64,000 nucleotides of DNA from Isurus oxyrinchus (taxonomy: Eukaryota), in contig JANJGN010000016.1 in NCBI GenBank assembly GCA_026770705.1, forward strand, positions 118,234,001 through 118,298,000, in the 5' to 3' direction. Both the position numbers and the translations under genes were made by a program. Each line of letters begins with the position of its first letter. Positions within the stretch are counted from its first letter, which is position 1. The notes below the pieces were generated by a model. The model was not told the DNA's origin and made no database searches. It saw only the letters and a program-made list of their open reading frames with translations. Shown here one piece after another: positions 1 through 12,310 of this stretch.

Positions 1-739
1 TTCATAGAAAGGTTGAGATTTTGGACCTTCCACTTACTTCCGGCAAGGTTCACCCTTTAAAACCCACCACCCACTCCCCCAACCATCTCACGGTTATAGA
101 CTCCCAGTGCAACACTAGTGTCACTAATGCCTTTTGCATTGCCCCCTCAAGTCCTGATCCTGCTAATTTTCAACTCTGGAGGGTTGCATCTAAAACTCTT
201 CCTCTCTCTCTTTTTTCTCAGCTTGGCTATCCCTAAAAGTCCAACTCACCATTAGGAGTCCTTCTGTTAACAAGAGTTTTAAACCCTTTTAGTCAATACA
301 GAATTTTCAACTGAATCTTACTTGAAAAAGATGTTTCCTGCAGCAAGCTTGTCCTAAAACTAAAAATTAAAACCCTGTTTGAGATCAGAGTCATCTTCTT
401 CAGTTCTCTGCCCAAAGGCAAGTCTGACCCACAGCACCACAATCTCCACCATGGATACAACAAGGAGGCAGGTCCCGAATCCACCCCAGCCAGAACAAAC
501 AACGAATCCCGTTGGCAATAATTTGATCGACACTGACTGTCCAACCAACTGCTATGCCCACTTCCCCCCATGGAGTCCAAGTTGCTGTACACCTTTACAT
601 GCAAGTTGTAGTCCAGAGCTATGAGTAATGATGGTAGAGGCTCCAATTTCTTTTCTATCACATGGCTGACCACGAATCTGCCCCGCTCTTACCACCTGCA
701 ATTGGTGTGTGCTGAAAGGACTTGCAAGTTGATACACGC

Positions 740-853
740 CTGTTTGGCTGCATTATGAACACATCTTCCCTGGCCATCAAGCCCTGAAGTGGTAATTGAA
801 CCTGGAGCAGCTGGTTCAGAGGTAAGGTCGCTACACACTGCATCACGTAACCC
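740..853 (-). mobile_element. tRNA-derived SINE-like head (degenerate A/B boxes), followed on the - strand by an unclassified repeat body running toward base 1
   Basis: Reverse complement reads gggttacgtgatgcagtgtgtagcg...ccaggttcaattaccac, resembling Pol III A- and B-boxes. Confidence 0.5.
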
Positions 854-889
854 ACAAACTGCTCACCCCTATAATTAACTTTTTGTTAC

Positions 890-1285
890 TTTTATTCTTT
901 CAAGGATGTGGGCATCACTGGCAAAGCCAACATTTGTTGCCCATCCCTAATTGCCCTTGAACGGAGTGGCTTGCTAGGCCATTTCAGAGGGCAGTTAAGA
1001 GTCAACCACATTGCTGTAGGTCTGGAGTCACATGTAAACCGGAACAGGTAAGGATTGCAGATTTCCTCCCCTAAAGGACGTTAGTGAACTAGATGGGTTT
1101 TTATGACAAGTGATGATAGTTTCATGATCACCATTACTGAGACTAGCTTTCAATTCCAGATTTATGAATTGAATTTAAATTCTACTAGCTGCCATGGTGG
1201 GCTATAAACCCATGTCCCCACAGCATTAGCCCGGGCTTCTGGAATACTAGTCCAGTGACATTATCACTACGCCACCATCTCCCCC
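890..1285 (-). mobile_element. tRNA-derived SINE with a 3' tail shared with the CR1-like LINE family in this window
   Basis: - strand head gggagatggtggcgtagtgataatgtcactggactag. Tail tcaagggcaattagggatgggcaacaaatg...cccacatcc matches LINE 3' ends at 13960-14030, 53190-53260 and 61810-61870. Confidence 0.75.
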
Positions 1286-1951
1286 TTTGCTATTCGATTA
1301 TTTATCTCTCAGGCAATGTGGTCACATGATCAGTTACTGGACGCCAGGCGCTTTACCAGAAATCATCTCCTAGAGAAACCTAGTTCTTAAATTAATCATC
1401 ACCCCAACTTAAAATACAGGTTTTTCCCCAAAAGCACTTAAGCCATCACAAAACCATCCTAGTCAACTATCAGTAATCCAGCCCATGTTTATGCATTCAC
1501 AAAGACAAAAAAATGAACTTATCACAGAATATGTCTCTCCTTCCTGAACTTTTGCTCCTGAACTGAAATGTTGCATTTTTACCATCCTTGCTTGTTTTAC
1601 TTAATCATATAACAATGCATTGGGGACCTCACTGGCTGCCAAACTTGTACGCCCCATGATCCTAGTTCCCTAACTAACTGATTTAATGACTTTCCAATTC
1701 CATCCCTGCACCACCAACAATGTTCCAGAAACACAAATAATGTGGACACCACCTCTTGGTGTTAATTATCCCACCCCACCTCAGGATTTAGGACACATCA
1801 GTGCTAGCAATGGAAGCCAGAAATCTCATGCCGCTGTACTCCCAGCAGTTGTGAATGGGTCATATGAAGTGCCCTGCTCCCAGTTTAAACTTTGGTAAAT
1901 GGATGGCTGCATCATCACTCATTACAATGTAATTCCGCATAAATTTGTACA

Positions 1952-2238
1952 AATAGTCATTTGGTAGTACAGAATTTGAGAACTGCTGAAAAAAGATTTT
2001 TTTTTGTTGAAGCTTTTCACCTTGCACGCATCAGAACAACTCGCAAGAACTCTGAATGTAAAGGACACAATAATTTATACTGTATATGGAGATGGTGCTG
2101 ATTGGTTGGCAAGTGGACTCTGATTGGTAGAGGTGTTGCCATGGAGAATTCACTAGTTGATGGTGACTTTATTCTTGCGAATTGTCCTGATGAGTGCAAG
2201 ATGAAAAGCTTTGACAAAAAATGTCTCTATTTTCAGCA
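1952..2238. mobile_element. Penelope (Poseidon-like family) mini-element with inverted hammerhead-bearing arms
   Basis: Inverted arms at ~1984-2049 and ~2172-2238. 13-bp TSD ataaatttgtaca at 1939-1951 and 2239-2251. Homologous to the 3' end of the PLE at 16150-17020. Confidence 0.8.
2182..2217 (+). ncRNA. Minimal type I hammerhead ribozyme motif (degenerate); inverted partner at 2004-2039 (-)
   Basis: ttgtc-CTGATGA-GT gcaag AT-GAAA-AGCT-TT-gacaa: helix I ttgtc/gacaa, canonical CUGAUGA core, palindromic AAGCUU helix III. Cleavage triplet has decayed to UUU here but is UUC in the partner arm. Confidence 0.65.
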
Positions 2239-2559
2239 ATAAATTTGTACATTTCTAATGAAACTATGACAAAGAATTAAATATGCGGCTCATTTTTTAT
2301 TGTAGCTTTGCTCTGGCCAGATATTTTCTAAAGTAAAGGAAAAACCTGCATTCATGTAGCATCTTATCATGTCTCTCAAATAGGTGATGGCTTTGGTAGT
2401 GTAGTGGTTATGATACGAGTACAGTATAGCAAGACAGATATAGTAATCGGGACAGAAGCGAATCTCACTACAGTAATTTATGAAAACGCATTTAATAAAT
2501 TGGGTAGTTTGGATATTGGCATCCAAAATGAATAATGATCAATGAAACTCCTAATGTAT

Positions 2560-2910
2560 TTTAAATTAGTTTTTAGGATGTGGGCGTTGCACATCCCTAG
2601 TTGTCCTTCAAAAGGTGGTTGTGGGCTGCCTTCTTCAATTATGCTGCAGTCAATCTTGTGAAGGTGTTCACGCAATCTTGTTAGGCAGGGAGTTTCAGGA
2701 TTTTGGTCCAGTGATGATGAAGTAATGCCAACGTGTTTCCAAGTCAAGCTTTTGTGTGACTTGCTGGGGAATCTGGGTGAGATGTTGTTCAGATGCATCT
2801 GTTGTCAATGACCTTCTGGGTGGTGGAACTTGCAAATTTAGGCAGTGCCAAAGAAGCTCTGGCATCCTCTGAACAACAGCCACTGTTCATAAGTGGTGGA
2901 GAAGGTGGTT
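2560..2910 (-). mobile_element. Degenerate CR1-like LINE 3' fragment
   Basis: Homologous to 13950-14350 and 61795-62200. Confidence 0.65.
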
Positions 2911-3229
2911 ATTTTATCACATAAAAATACACTGATTCATTAAATTCCTTCAAGTAATGAAACCTGACATGAGACCCTGCCCACAACTGCACAGTTTTTG
3001 TCCTCTGAAATGGCCTAACAACCCAAGGAATCACTAAGGCCTACCAACGTTTCACAATAACTATAGAATGGCAATAAATATGACCTTACTAGCATTACCC
3101 AAGTCCCAGTGGCAAACATAAAAAGTGGTGCACATACAATTAAAAACTGTAAAGTATGATGGTCATCCTTCTGCAGGAAAAGGCAACAGGGATTTTGCAA
3201 AAGCAAGATCCTTCACATAATCAAACTAA

Positions 3230-4170
3230 CGACTAGTTAATCTGTTTTGATAATATCAGTTGAGGGAGAAATGTTTGACCAAGGGATGTCCTGTTGTTCT
3301 TCTAAATAATATCATGGGCAGAATTTTGCCCTTGGCGGGGGTGCTTGGAGGGGGTGGGGGGTGGGGAAGCCGACTGCCGCCCATGATGGGCACAGCATCG
3401 CGACTTTATGAGGGCCAATTAAGACCCGCCCAGTGTGGAATGCGAGCAGCAGCGCTGCCTGTGCAGGCGGGGGTGGGGGGGGGGTGGGGCGGTGGGGGAG
3501 GAGGGCGAGTGGGTCTAACGCGAACCTCGCGCATGCACGCGAAAGATCGCTGCAATCTCCCTGAGGCACTGAGCTACCTCAGGGAGATGAAGCGCTGTTT
3601 AAAAAAACTAATGCGCAAAATAAAAATGTTGTAAAACAGGTCCCCTCATGTGACACTGCCACATGTGCAGGGGCATGTTTTTAATTCAAGTGTTAAACTT
3701 CTATTTTCTTATTTGCTTTAGAAAACCTCATCCTGCCCGTGGATGTCCACAGAGAGGATGAGGTTTCCTTAAAAAATGCAAAGGCCGCTTGGCCTTTTCG
3801 CCTGCCCGTCAACCATTAGGTTGAACGGGCAGTGAAATATTCAGGACAGTTGTTAACCTAATGGCCTTAATAAGCCTTTTAATTGTCGGTGGGCGCGCTG
3901 CTGGCTCCAGCGTGCACCCACCGACCCAACTATCTCAGGGCTATGCAATGATGTCGGGATGCTCGCCCGATGTCATCGTGCGTCGTTTTACTTTCGTCCA
4001 GTTCGGGAACACACCCGTCCACCAAGCTCAATATCCTGCCCCATAAGATCTTTAACAAGCACCTGAACAGGCAAGATCTTGGATTAATAGCTCATCTAAT
4101 AGTGGACATTTTCTGCAATGCAGCACTCCCTGAGCACTGAACTAGACTGTCAGCCTAGATCATGGGTTGA
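3230..4170 (-). mobile_element. DeuSINE-like (SacSINE1/AmnSINE1-type) element interrupted by a Harbinger MITE
   Basis: Deu-domain-like text tgcagcactccctgagcactgaactagactgtcagcctagat at 4119-4160. The two halves rejoin across the MITE. A related copy lies at 29330-29740. Confidence 0.55.
3316..4041. mobile_element. PIF/Harbinger-type non-autonomous element (MITE)
   Basis: Terminal inverted repeats GGGCAGAATTTT / aatatcctgccc and 3-bp TSD CAT (3313-3315, 4042-4044). GC- and CpG-rich interior. Confidence 0.8.
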
Positions 4171-4375
4171 TTTTCCTGTCCCTCTATACGTCCCAGCCTA
4201 GTGCTGGACAGATGTAGCATTCCCAGAGTGCATGGTGTTCCCTACCTCAGGCCATTACTATGACTTAGGGGCCTACCCACTAGCTGGGCCTTGAACTGAA
4301 AAGAATCATAGTAACCTTGAGCTGGCTGTACATCATTTGAAAACCTGAGCTCATTTAAAGCTTGGCTAACTTGCA

Positions 4376-4810
4376 CCAAGTCCCATTCACCCATCATCCC
4401 AGTGCTCACTGACCTACATTGGCAAACTGACTGAAAATGTTGCAATTTTTAAGTTCTCATTCTTATCAGTCCCCTCAATGGCCTCAGCCCTTTCTAACTC
4501 TGTGATGTCCTCCAGTCCTACAAGCCATCAAGATCCCTGCACTCTCCCCCAATTCTGTCTTCAGGCGCAATCCTAATTTTAGTCACTAATTCATTGGTGA
4601 CCATGTTTTAACCTGCCTAAACTCTGAAATTCCATACCTAAACCTACCTACCTACCTCTCCTCCTTTAAAATATACCTCTTTGACCAACATTTTGTTTAT
4701 CTGTCTTAATACCTCTGTCCAGTGTCAGTTTTGGTTTGGTAATGCTCCTGTGCAATGCCTTCAGACATTTCACAATATTAAATATTCTGTACAAGTACAG
4801 GTTGTTGCTT
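4376..4810 (+). mobile_element. L2 LINE 3' fragment
   Basis: cacccatcatcccagtgctcactgacctacattggc (ITPVL.DLHWL-like) followed by an L2-type 3' tail ending gttgttg. Confidence 0.65.
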
Positions 4811-5184
4811 TTGCTGGGAAGCTCAGCGAATATCTACCTTGCCAACTCTTTTATTTTTGAGTTATTCTTGGGGTGGACAGAGGTCTCAACGCTACCCCAA
4901 TGCTTAATTTCTTCAGGCGACCTGCTGACTGGAGAAAAGGAAATAGAGGCTTGGAGGCTGCGAAAGCCTCATCTTGTCTTTTTTATTTCATCCACGCCTA
5001 TTGGAGGAGCAAAACTCAGCTTCATCACCACCAACAACACCTTGAACCCTCAGACTTCCCCCTGTTACCCCCACCCCAGCCCCCACACCCCCTTGAGGAA
5101 GTCCTGGATATCCTCAGGCAGCGTAAGTGGATCAGGAAGCAAATTAGTTGGTGTCTTTCCCTGGATCAGGGACATAGACACTGT

Positions 5185-5919
5185 GGGCTGAATTTTGCTG
5201 ATTATCAGCAAAATCCTGCTGTCTGGACTGAAAGCAGAAGCCGAATGCACTTCAGCCAGTGAGGGCCCATAGGGTGGGGTGGCATAGTACCGGCAGCAGC
5301 CGATTTGAAGGCTGCAGCCGGGGCTGATATCCAATTAGGGATGTCAGGCTGCCCCTAGGAACTGCCGATCCAATCAGAGGGGCCAACGGCTCAGCAGCCT
5401 CAGGAGGATGAACACTAGAGCTGACCATTGCTGAGACTGTAGCGACAAGGAGAGAAGGCCTCAATGGCCTCAAAGGCGAGTAAGTAAGGTGGGAGAACTT
5501 GGAGCCAGGCCCCAATCATTAGGGTGGGGCAATGCAGACTACCTATGACACCATAGCCGCAAGGGAGGCCATTGCTGCCAAGGGACTCCATGGGCCTCAA
5601 AGTGCCCATAAGTGAGTGCCCAACACTCCCTACCCCCCCAGAACATGTTGGAAGGGCACCAGGATTTACCGGGTGATCTCCTCATACGGTAGCAGACCTT
5701 CACGTCAAAGGCAAAATGTCACAGAGGCAGGAAGTGGCCCACAATTAGCCACAAGTGAGTCAGTTGGCCTCCTGGCTCCTTTCCGAGCCACCAACTTTCC
5801 CACTGCTGACCATACGGCTTGGCAGCAGAAAGACGTCCTCTCCTGTTGCCTTTTCTTGCCATTTACCAAGCCCCTTGCACCTTCCAGCCGGTCCCCAAAG
5901 GGCCCAGAAAATTCAGCCC
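5185..5919. mobile_element. PIF/Harbinger-type MITE
   Basis: Perfect 12-bp TIR GGGCTGAATTTT / AAAATTCAGCCC, flanks TGT and TAT. Confidence 0.8.
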
Positions 5920-6178
5920 TATAATGCTGACATGCTGGAGCAGGATTTGAATCCACAACCTGCTGTTACCAACCAAGCCAAGTGATTAAGTTTTCATTTG
6001 GGCATCTCTGCTCCCCACTTTGTGTTGTGCTCTGTTATTATATTAAAAAACACCTGAAGTATTGGGATTCAATATGTTATAGCCTTTGTAATGTTAGAGC
6101 CTCACAAAGTTTCACCGCAGTGCTCTGAACTCAAAATCTGTCACTGTACCATTTTTAGCTGACATTGATTTATATTGA

Positions 6179-6317
6179 GATAAAGCAAAATACTGCAGAT
6201 GCTGGAAATCTGAAATAAAAACAGTAAATGCTGGAAAAACTCAGCAGGTCTGACAGCATCTGTGGAGACAAAGACAGAGTTAATGTTTCTAGTCCATATG
6301 ACTCTTCTTCAGAGCTT
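6179..6317 (-). mobile_element. Older Neptune-like Penelope terminal-repeat fragment with a hammerhead motif (canonical CUGAAGA core)
   Basis: - strand reads gctCTGAAGAAGAGTCatatGGACTaGAAACATTAAC. Flanking duplication attgatttatattga at 6164-6178 and 6324-6338. Confidence 0.7.
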
Positions 6318-6829
6318 ATTTATATTGATTTATATTGATACTAGCGATACCAATTAAACTACATTTATACTGACCGAGTGTTCAGGAGATGATGAAACAA
6401 TAAGTAAATTTGGCTCACATCACTCCCTAGATACAGCTGACTGACAAGTAGAAAATAAATCAGAATTAATTCTGGCAGTGTGGCCAACTACACAAGCCCA
6501 TTTCTCTCCCTGACCCACCATCTGCGAAGGGCCATGGGACAATCACCTAAAGTGATTAAAAGTGCAAGTTGGTGTTGTCAGTAGACATCTTCTGATTTAA
6601 TTGTTTTTAGTTCTAGAAGCAGGGGAATAGAAATTGGTCTGTGTCATCTTTTTGGGCACAAAGGTCATGATTTGTGAGCTGCTCCCGCCTGTTGTGGTGG
6701 AGGTAGGCAACACCCAAATTTGGTCCTCCCTCATCTTTTACCTAATTGTAGCATTGGTCCAATTAGGGCCCATGCTGTTGGCCATCTGAGCACACAGCAG
6801 GGGGCTGAGCATCACTTTAGAAATTCATA

Positions 6830-9800
6830 GTGTAAGCAGACAAAGTCAACGTAGTTTTACAAAAGAGAAATCATGTTTGACAAATTTATTAACGTTTTTA
6901 GAGGATGTAATTAGGAGGGTGGATAAAGGGGAACCAGTAGATGTGGCATACCTGGATTTCCAGAAGGCATTTGATAAGCTGCCACACAGAAGAATAATCG
7001 GCAAGATAAGGATTTATGGATGTGGGATTATTATATTAGCATGTATAGAGGATTCAGTAATGGACAGGAAGCAAGGAGTAGGCATAAATGGGGGATCCTC
7101 AAGTTGGCTGTAGAGTGCCACAATGATCAGTGCTGGGGCCTCAGCTATTTACAACCCACATTAATGACTTAGACAAAGAGACAGGGAGTAATGTTTGCTG
7201 ATGATACAAAGCTAGGTAGAAATGTAAGTTATGAGGAGAACACAGAGGGTAGAATTTTCCAGTCCTGCCAGCGGTGGGTTTCATGGTGGGTGGGAGTGGA
7301 AAATTCAGAGAGAGGCCAAAAACCAGATTGCAGTCAGCAGGAAATCAGTTCAGAATTTTCCCTTCACAATTTTATGGCGGTTGGGTTTCCCGCTGATCCA
7401 TGTTGGGAACACCATTTGCATGCATTACCATGTCATGAATGCTCATTTAAAAATGCTACTCACCCTGAATCACTTTCCACCTCCCAATCTTGTGCCATGC
7501 CAGCAGGAAATTAGACCGGTCTAAATCATGTCAGGAAAAGAGCGGCGTGCAGCTATCTGCCCTCATTTCCTTCATCACTTTGAGGTGAGTGCATCATTCA
7601 AAGGCTGCCTGCAACAGCGCTGTTCCGGATTCTCACCAATGCCAGAGAGAGGCCGCATTGGTGAGGCTGTAGGGTTGATCTTCTCACTGGCTTCTGCTGT
7701 AGTCCGGGAGGGTGTGTTCTGTGGGTCTCAGGCAGGGCTACACTCTGAAGCAGAGACCAACATTGTGACTGGGGAATTGGTGGGAGGGGGGTGCGGATGG
7801 TGGTGGGGGGGGGGAAGGAGGACAGAGACACTGGGGACATTGGGCTGAGGTGGGGTTGAAGGTGGCAGGGGGCTGAAGGAGGATGGAGACACATGGCCCA
7901 TGGTGGGATTGGAGAGTCAGAGGACGATGGCAGGCAGAGCAGAGACCTAAGGTGGGGAAGCTGGAAACGGACATGGAAGACTAGAATGCAGACACAGAAG
8001 GAAATGGATGGGAATCGAACTGTATGAATGGGAGGGGATGCAGTCACATTCCAGAATATGAGGAGTGGGGGCGGTGGATGTGGGGTTTGTTAGTGTGGCA
8101 CAAGAGGGTTGGGTTGCACAAAGACTCATGGTGTGGGGTGTAATCAGTAAAGAAGGAACGGGAGAGTTCACTGAAAGACAGTCATAGCCCCTGGTCTGGG
8201 GCCAGGATGTCAGGATGAGAGATTAAAGGCAGTCCTGGGGCTTTACAGGCAAAGGCTACAGGGCTATGCATAGCATCCATGTTATAGTCCTGCTCCAGGG
8301 AGGGGCAAGTCCTGTGTGCTGAATTGGGATAAGGCACAGTTTGGTGTGTAAGTCATGGTCATAGTCTTACAGTCAGTGGCGACGGGATAGATGCAACAGA
8401 TTAATGAATACTGGGTATATGTATCGTACTTGCAAACAAAAATTCACTGTCATGCCCTCTCGCTGTCTGGCTCCCACTCAGTGATCGCCTCCCTTTGTGA
8501 GCCTCACATTCATGAGCTGTGTAGCTGAGATATGAAAGCTACTCTAGTCTTGTGTTATGTCAGGCGGATGTGTCAAACTCTTTACTGGAACTGTCTGCAA
8601 AATGCATTTGTAACCTATACTCCTTACAGGAGAACACGGGCAGAATTTTTCTCTTGTCAGATGGGTGCAAACCTGACCCAAACGAGCATGAAATGGCACC
8701 AAGCAGCCTTTGCATTTTTGCGAAACCTCACCCATGGACCGGATGAGGTTTCGATCCGTCATTAAAAAAAAGTTTAAATTTTCATATTAATTTCTAACAT
8801 GTCCCTGCTCAGGTGGCAGTGTTACATGAGGGGACATGTTTTTAACACCTTAAAATTCTTCATTTTTAATTCTTGCTGAGAGTCTTCGCTGTGCATTCCT
8901 GAGGGCCCTTGCCTAACCACTGATGGATCCCACCAATGTCTATAGCAAGGGAGTAAAGGTCTGAGCGCAAATCCATCAGAATCTGCTCGATCAAGGTCTC
9001 CAAGGCAGCTTCCCATGGAGACCTCAAGGCACTCGCATGTCAGAGCCACGGCATCAGCTGAATGCAGATGGACTCCTCCATCCTACACTCTAGTCTGGTG
9101 ACTGCCTCTCACAACTCTGCCTGATGTTCCACCGCCTGTCATCTCCAGCATGTGTGAGCTGGCTGTTTCCAGAGGCTCATCATCTGACTGATCCCAGCAG
9201 CCCACCGAGTGCCAGAGCCCTAAGCTGTCAGTGCCTCCGACTGCTGTGGAGACGTGTCTGTGAAGTGTTCCCCAGAATGTGACCCTGAGCCTAATCTAGA
9301 ACTATGACCCACCAGGTGTGTGTCTGTGTACTGGTGGAAGGTGTAGGTGAGCGCAGTGATGGGTGTTCTTCAAATGGATCCTCATCATCGTCCTCTGATG
9401 TAGCCTGAGGGCTGGGGCTTATGTTGGTTGTGCTGGTCTGTCTGTACCTGCTGCTGCCTGTAAGAGAGAAAAGATGGATTTAGTTCATGGACAGACTGAA
9501 TACAATATTACATGTCACTCACTGTGAATGTCAGGATGTGATCAACTCATGGAGGGCTTATCCATACTGGCTTGCTGAGAGGAGCCGATCTTACCTTTCC
9601 CACAGGAACGATCTCTGTCCTCCCCTGCTAACTCAGTGACATCCTCCTTGAATTTGGAGAGCTCCTGGATCCTTCTTCACTCTGGGATCTCTACGCCTTG
9701 TGGGAAAGCTTGACCTGCATGAAGATAAATGGAATGGAAAGTGATGAGAAAGGATGCAGAGATTGGGTAGCAGACATGCCTACTGTTGTGTGCTGAGCCC

Positions 9801-11280
9801 TCCCAGCAAGGGCTGAGAATAGAGCATGTGCAGCATGATTGATGAGAAGCTGGTGGTGCTAAAGCATCCATAAGATGATCAGTTCTGATGTTTCCCCCGC
9901 TAATATTGTGTGAGATCCCTGAGCAGTGTAACCCTTTGAGTTCATGATGCCATAATGAGAGTGTGAGATTGGAGTGAGCTGAAGGGTGACTTACCCTAGT
10001 GGAGCAGATGAGGTCATTCATCCCTCTTCCTGGATTGGATGGTATTTCTTGGGCGGACGCCTGGAGCCATCCCTCAGGTAGAGGACATCCTGGTGTTGGT
10101 GGACTTCACGGATGAGGGCCCCAAGATAGTTACTGCTGAACCTGAGAGCAGCTTTTTTCTTGGGTGCGGTCATTTCGCAGCTGGGTTGGAAAGAGTGAAG
10201 GTGTGTGTTAGGGTTGCATTGAAATATGGCACCCAGACCTTTGACCCCATTAGGTAACAGCGGGGCGGACAAATCAGTAGTGCCCGTGCCTGCCATGTGA
10301 TTTAGAGAGCCACTCGCTAAATGTGTAACTAATTAGCTTCTAAGCGTGAAATCAGGCGCAATTTTCCACCACGCCACCCATGTGCTGTGAAACTCACCTG
10401 CCACTACACTTAGTCTCCAAAATAGGAAATTCCATCCAGAGAGGCTGCAAAGAGATATAGACGGGTTACGTGAGTGGGGAAAAAAGAAGGCAAATGGAGT
10501 AAAATATGTGGAAGTGTGAGGTTATTCACTTTGGCCATAAAATAGAAAAGCAGAATATTTTTTAAAAGGCATGAAACTTGTAAATGTTGCTTTGGTGTAC
10601 TCATACAAGGAACTGAGAAAGTTAGCATGCAGATCCGGCAAGGAATTATGAAGGCAAATGGCAAGTTGGCCTTTATTGCAGGAGGATTGGAGTAGAAGAA
10701 TCATGAAGTCTTGCTACAATGGTATAGGGCTTTGTTGAGGCACTGGAGCACTGTGTGCAGTTTTAGTCTCTATGCTTGCCTTGGAGACAGTACAGCAAAG
10801 GTTCACTAGATTGGCCCCTGGGATGAGAGGGTTGACCTAGGATGAGAGGCTAAGTTATTTGCGTCTATATTCTCTCATTAGGAGAATGAGAGGTGATTTT
10901 ATTGAAACATACAAGATTCTAAAGGGGTTTGACAGGGTGGACACTGAGAGGTTTTTTCCACTGGCTGAGAATCTGGAACATGGGGACATAGTCCCAGGAT
11001 AAGGAGTTGATCGTTTGGGATTGAGATGAGGAGGAGTTTCTTCACTCAAAGGGCTGCGAATCTTTGGAATTGTCTACCCAAGAGGGCAGTGGAGGCTCCT
11101 TCGTAGACTAAATTTAAGGCTGAGATAGACATATTTTTGGTGTCTCAGGGAATCAAGGGATATGGGGAGGGGGCAGGAATGTGGAATTGAAGCCCAAGAT
11201 CAGTCATGATTGTATTGAATGGCGGAGCAGGCTCGACGCACTGTATGGTCTACTCCTGCCCCTATCTCTTGAGTTTTTGT
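6830..11280 (+). mobile_element. CR1 LINE 3' half (RT region), split by a Harbinger insertion at 7247-10437
   Basis: ORF 6877-7113 has TNLLTF...VDVAYLDFQKAFDK and FADDTKL follows at 7191. Sequence resumes at 10438 (gaggctgcaaagagatatagac) and runs to a CR1 3' end near 11275. Confidence 0.85.
7247..10437. mobile_element. Decayed PIF/Harbinger DNA transposon with Myb/SANT-like ORF remnant (-) and a nested MITE piece near 8638
   Basis: Ends gggtagaattttcc / ggaaattccatcc with TSD AGA (7244-7246, 10438-10440). ORF 10018-10296 contains KKKAALRFSSNYLGALIREVHQHQDVLYLRDGSRRPP, typical of the Harbinger DNA-binding protein. Confidence 0.75.
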
Positions 11281-11284
11281 GAGC

Positions 11285-12310
11285 CGCGTTGGGCTGTTAG
11301 CATGTGGTGAAGTAGGCCTGATCATTTTAACAGCAGTCTACCCCTCTTGAAGAGAAAGCTGCACTGAATCACAGGAGGTTCTACTGAATGTTATTGTTGC
11401 AATTCTAAACAAAGAACATGGAACACCAGGGAAGAGATGTGGCCTTGGAAGCTTTAGTCTTGGAAGTGGACTGGAGGAGAGACACCATGTTCTATTGCAG
11501 GGAGGGGGGTGCAGAAAGCCCTCAAGGATCAGCTTCAGATGGAATTGGAAGCAGATGACCACAGATGGTGTGACCATGGACATCAATCTCATCCCCTTCC
11601 CTCACCCAAACCTTCCCCTTTCTGATTTCCTGCTTTCAGACACCCAAGAACTGCCACCTACTTAGCCACAGCAAAGCCAGGAGAAGGAGACTAAGCAACA
11701 GATCTGTAGCTATGAAGAGGCTCTGTCATTTGATCTGGAACTTGCAACCATCAGCTCAAGTATTTGCACTGCATGTACCTTAGAGGCAAGTATGGAGTTG
11801 GTATCTGCACATGGTGAGTCAGCAGGCATGAGTGGGCTACAGCCTACCGGGGGGAAAGGATAGTTTATGTGCCAGCTCATCGAAATATCCCAGGTGAGCT
11901 CTGCTACAGGGGACTCGGTTAAGGATCCCGATGGCACAGTATACAGGAGAACGATGATGGGGATGTCATACTGAGACGCTTGGCCTGTCAGACAGCTTTC
12001 CTGTCACTGTCAAGGAGCATAGAGGAGTCAGGCTCCAAGCTGACAGACAGCGTCGAGCAGAGATTGCCCTCTCAGCCTCTCCTCCATCTCCCTGCCATGC
12101 TGCAGGCCTAGAGGCGCTGCAGCTTCATTCCTTATAACCTGCCACCAAATCCTCTGCCATGCAGCAACACTCCCTGCCAAGTCCAGCAACTCTCCAGAAC
12201 ATTGCACTGTGCTTGCAGAGATTTTGCAACAGCAGAAGTTATTCTAAATTACCTCACCTTCAAGTTGGGCGCTTGATACTTTAGATAATGCTAGTGGCAG
12301 GCCCCTCTTG
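11285..12310 (+). mobile_element. Harbinger Myb/SANT-ORF remnant
   Basis: 11440-11570 translates ALEALVLEVDWRRDTMF...WKQM, similar to the other Harbinger remnants in the window. Boundaries approximate. Confidence 0.5.

Noticed and set aside
740-1285. Possible tRNA genes
   Set aside because: Degenerate A/B boxes attached to SINE bodies, with no intact cloverleaf.
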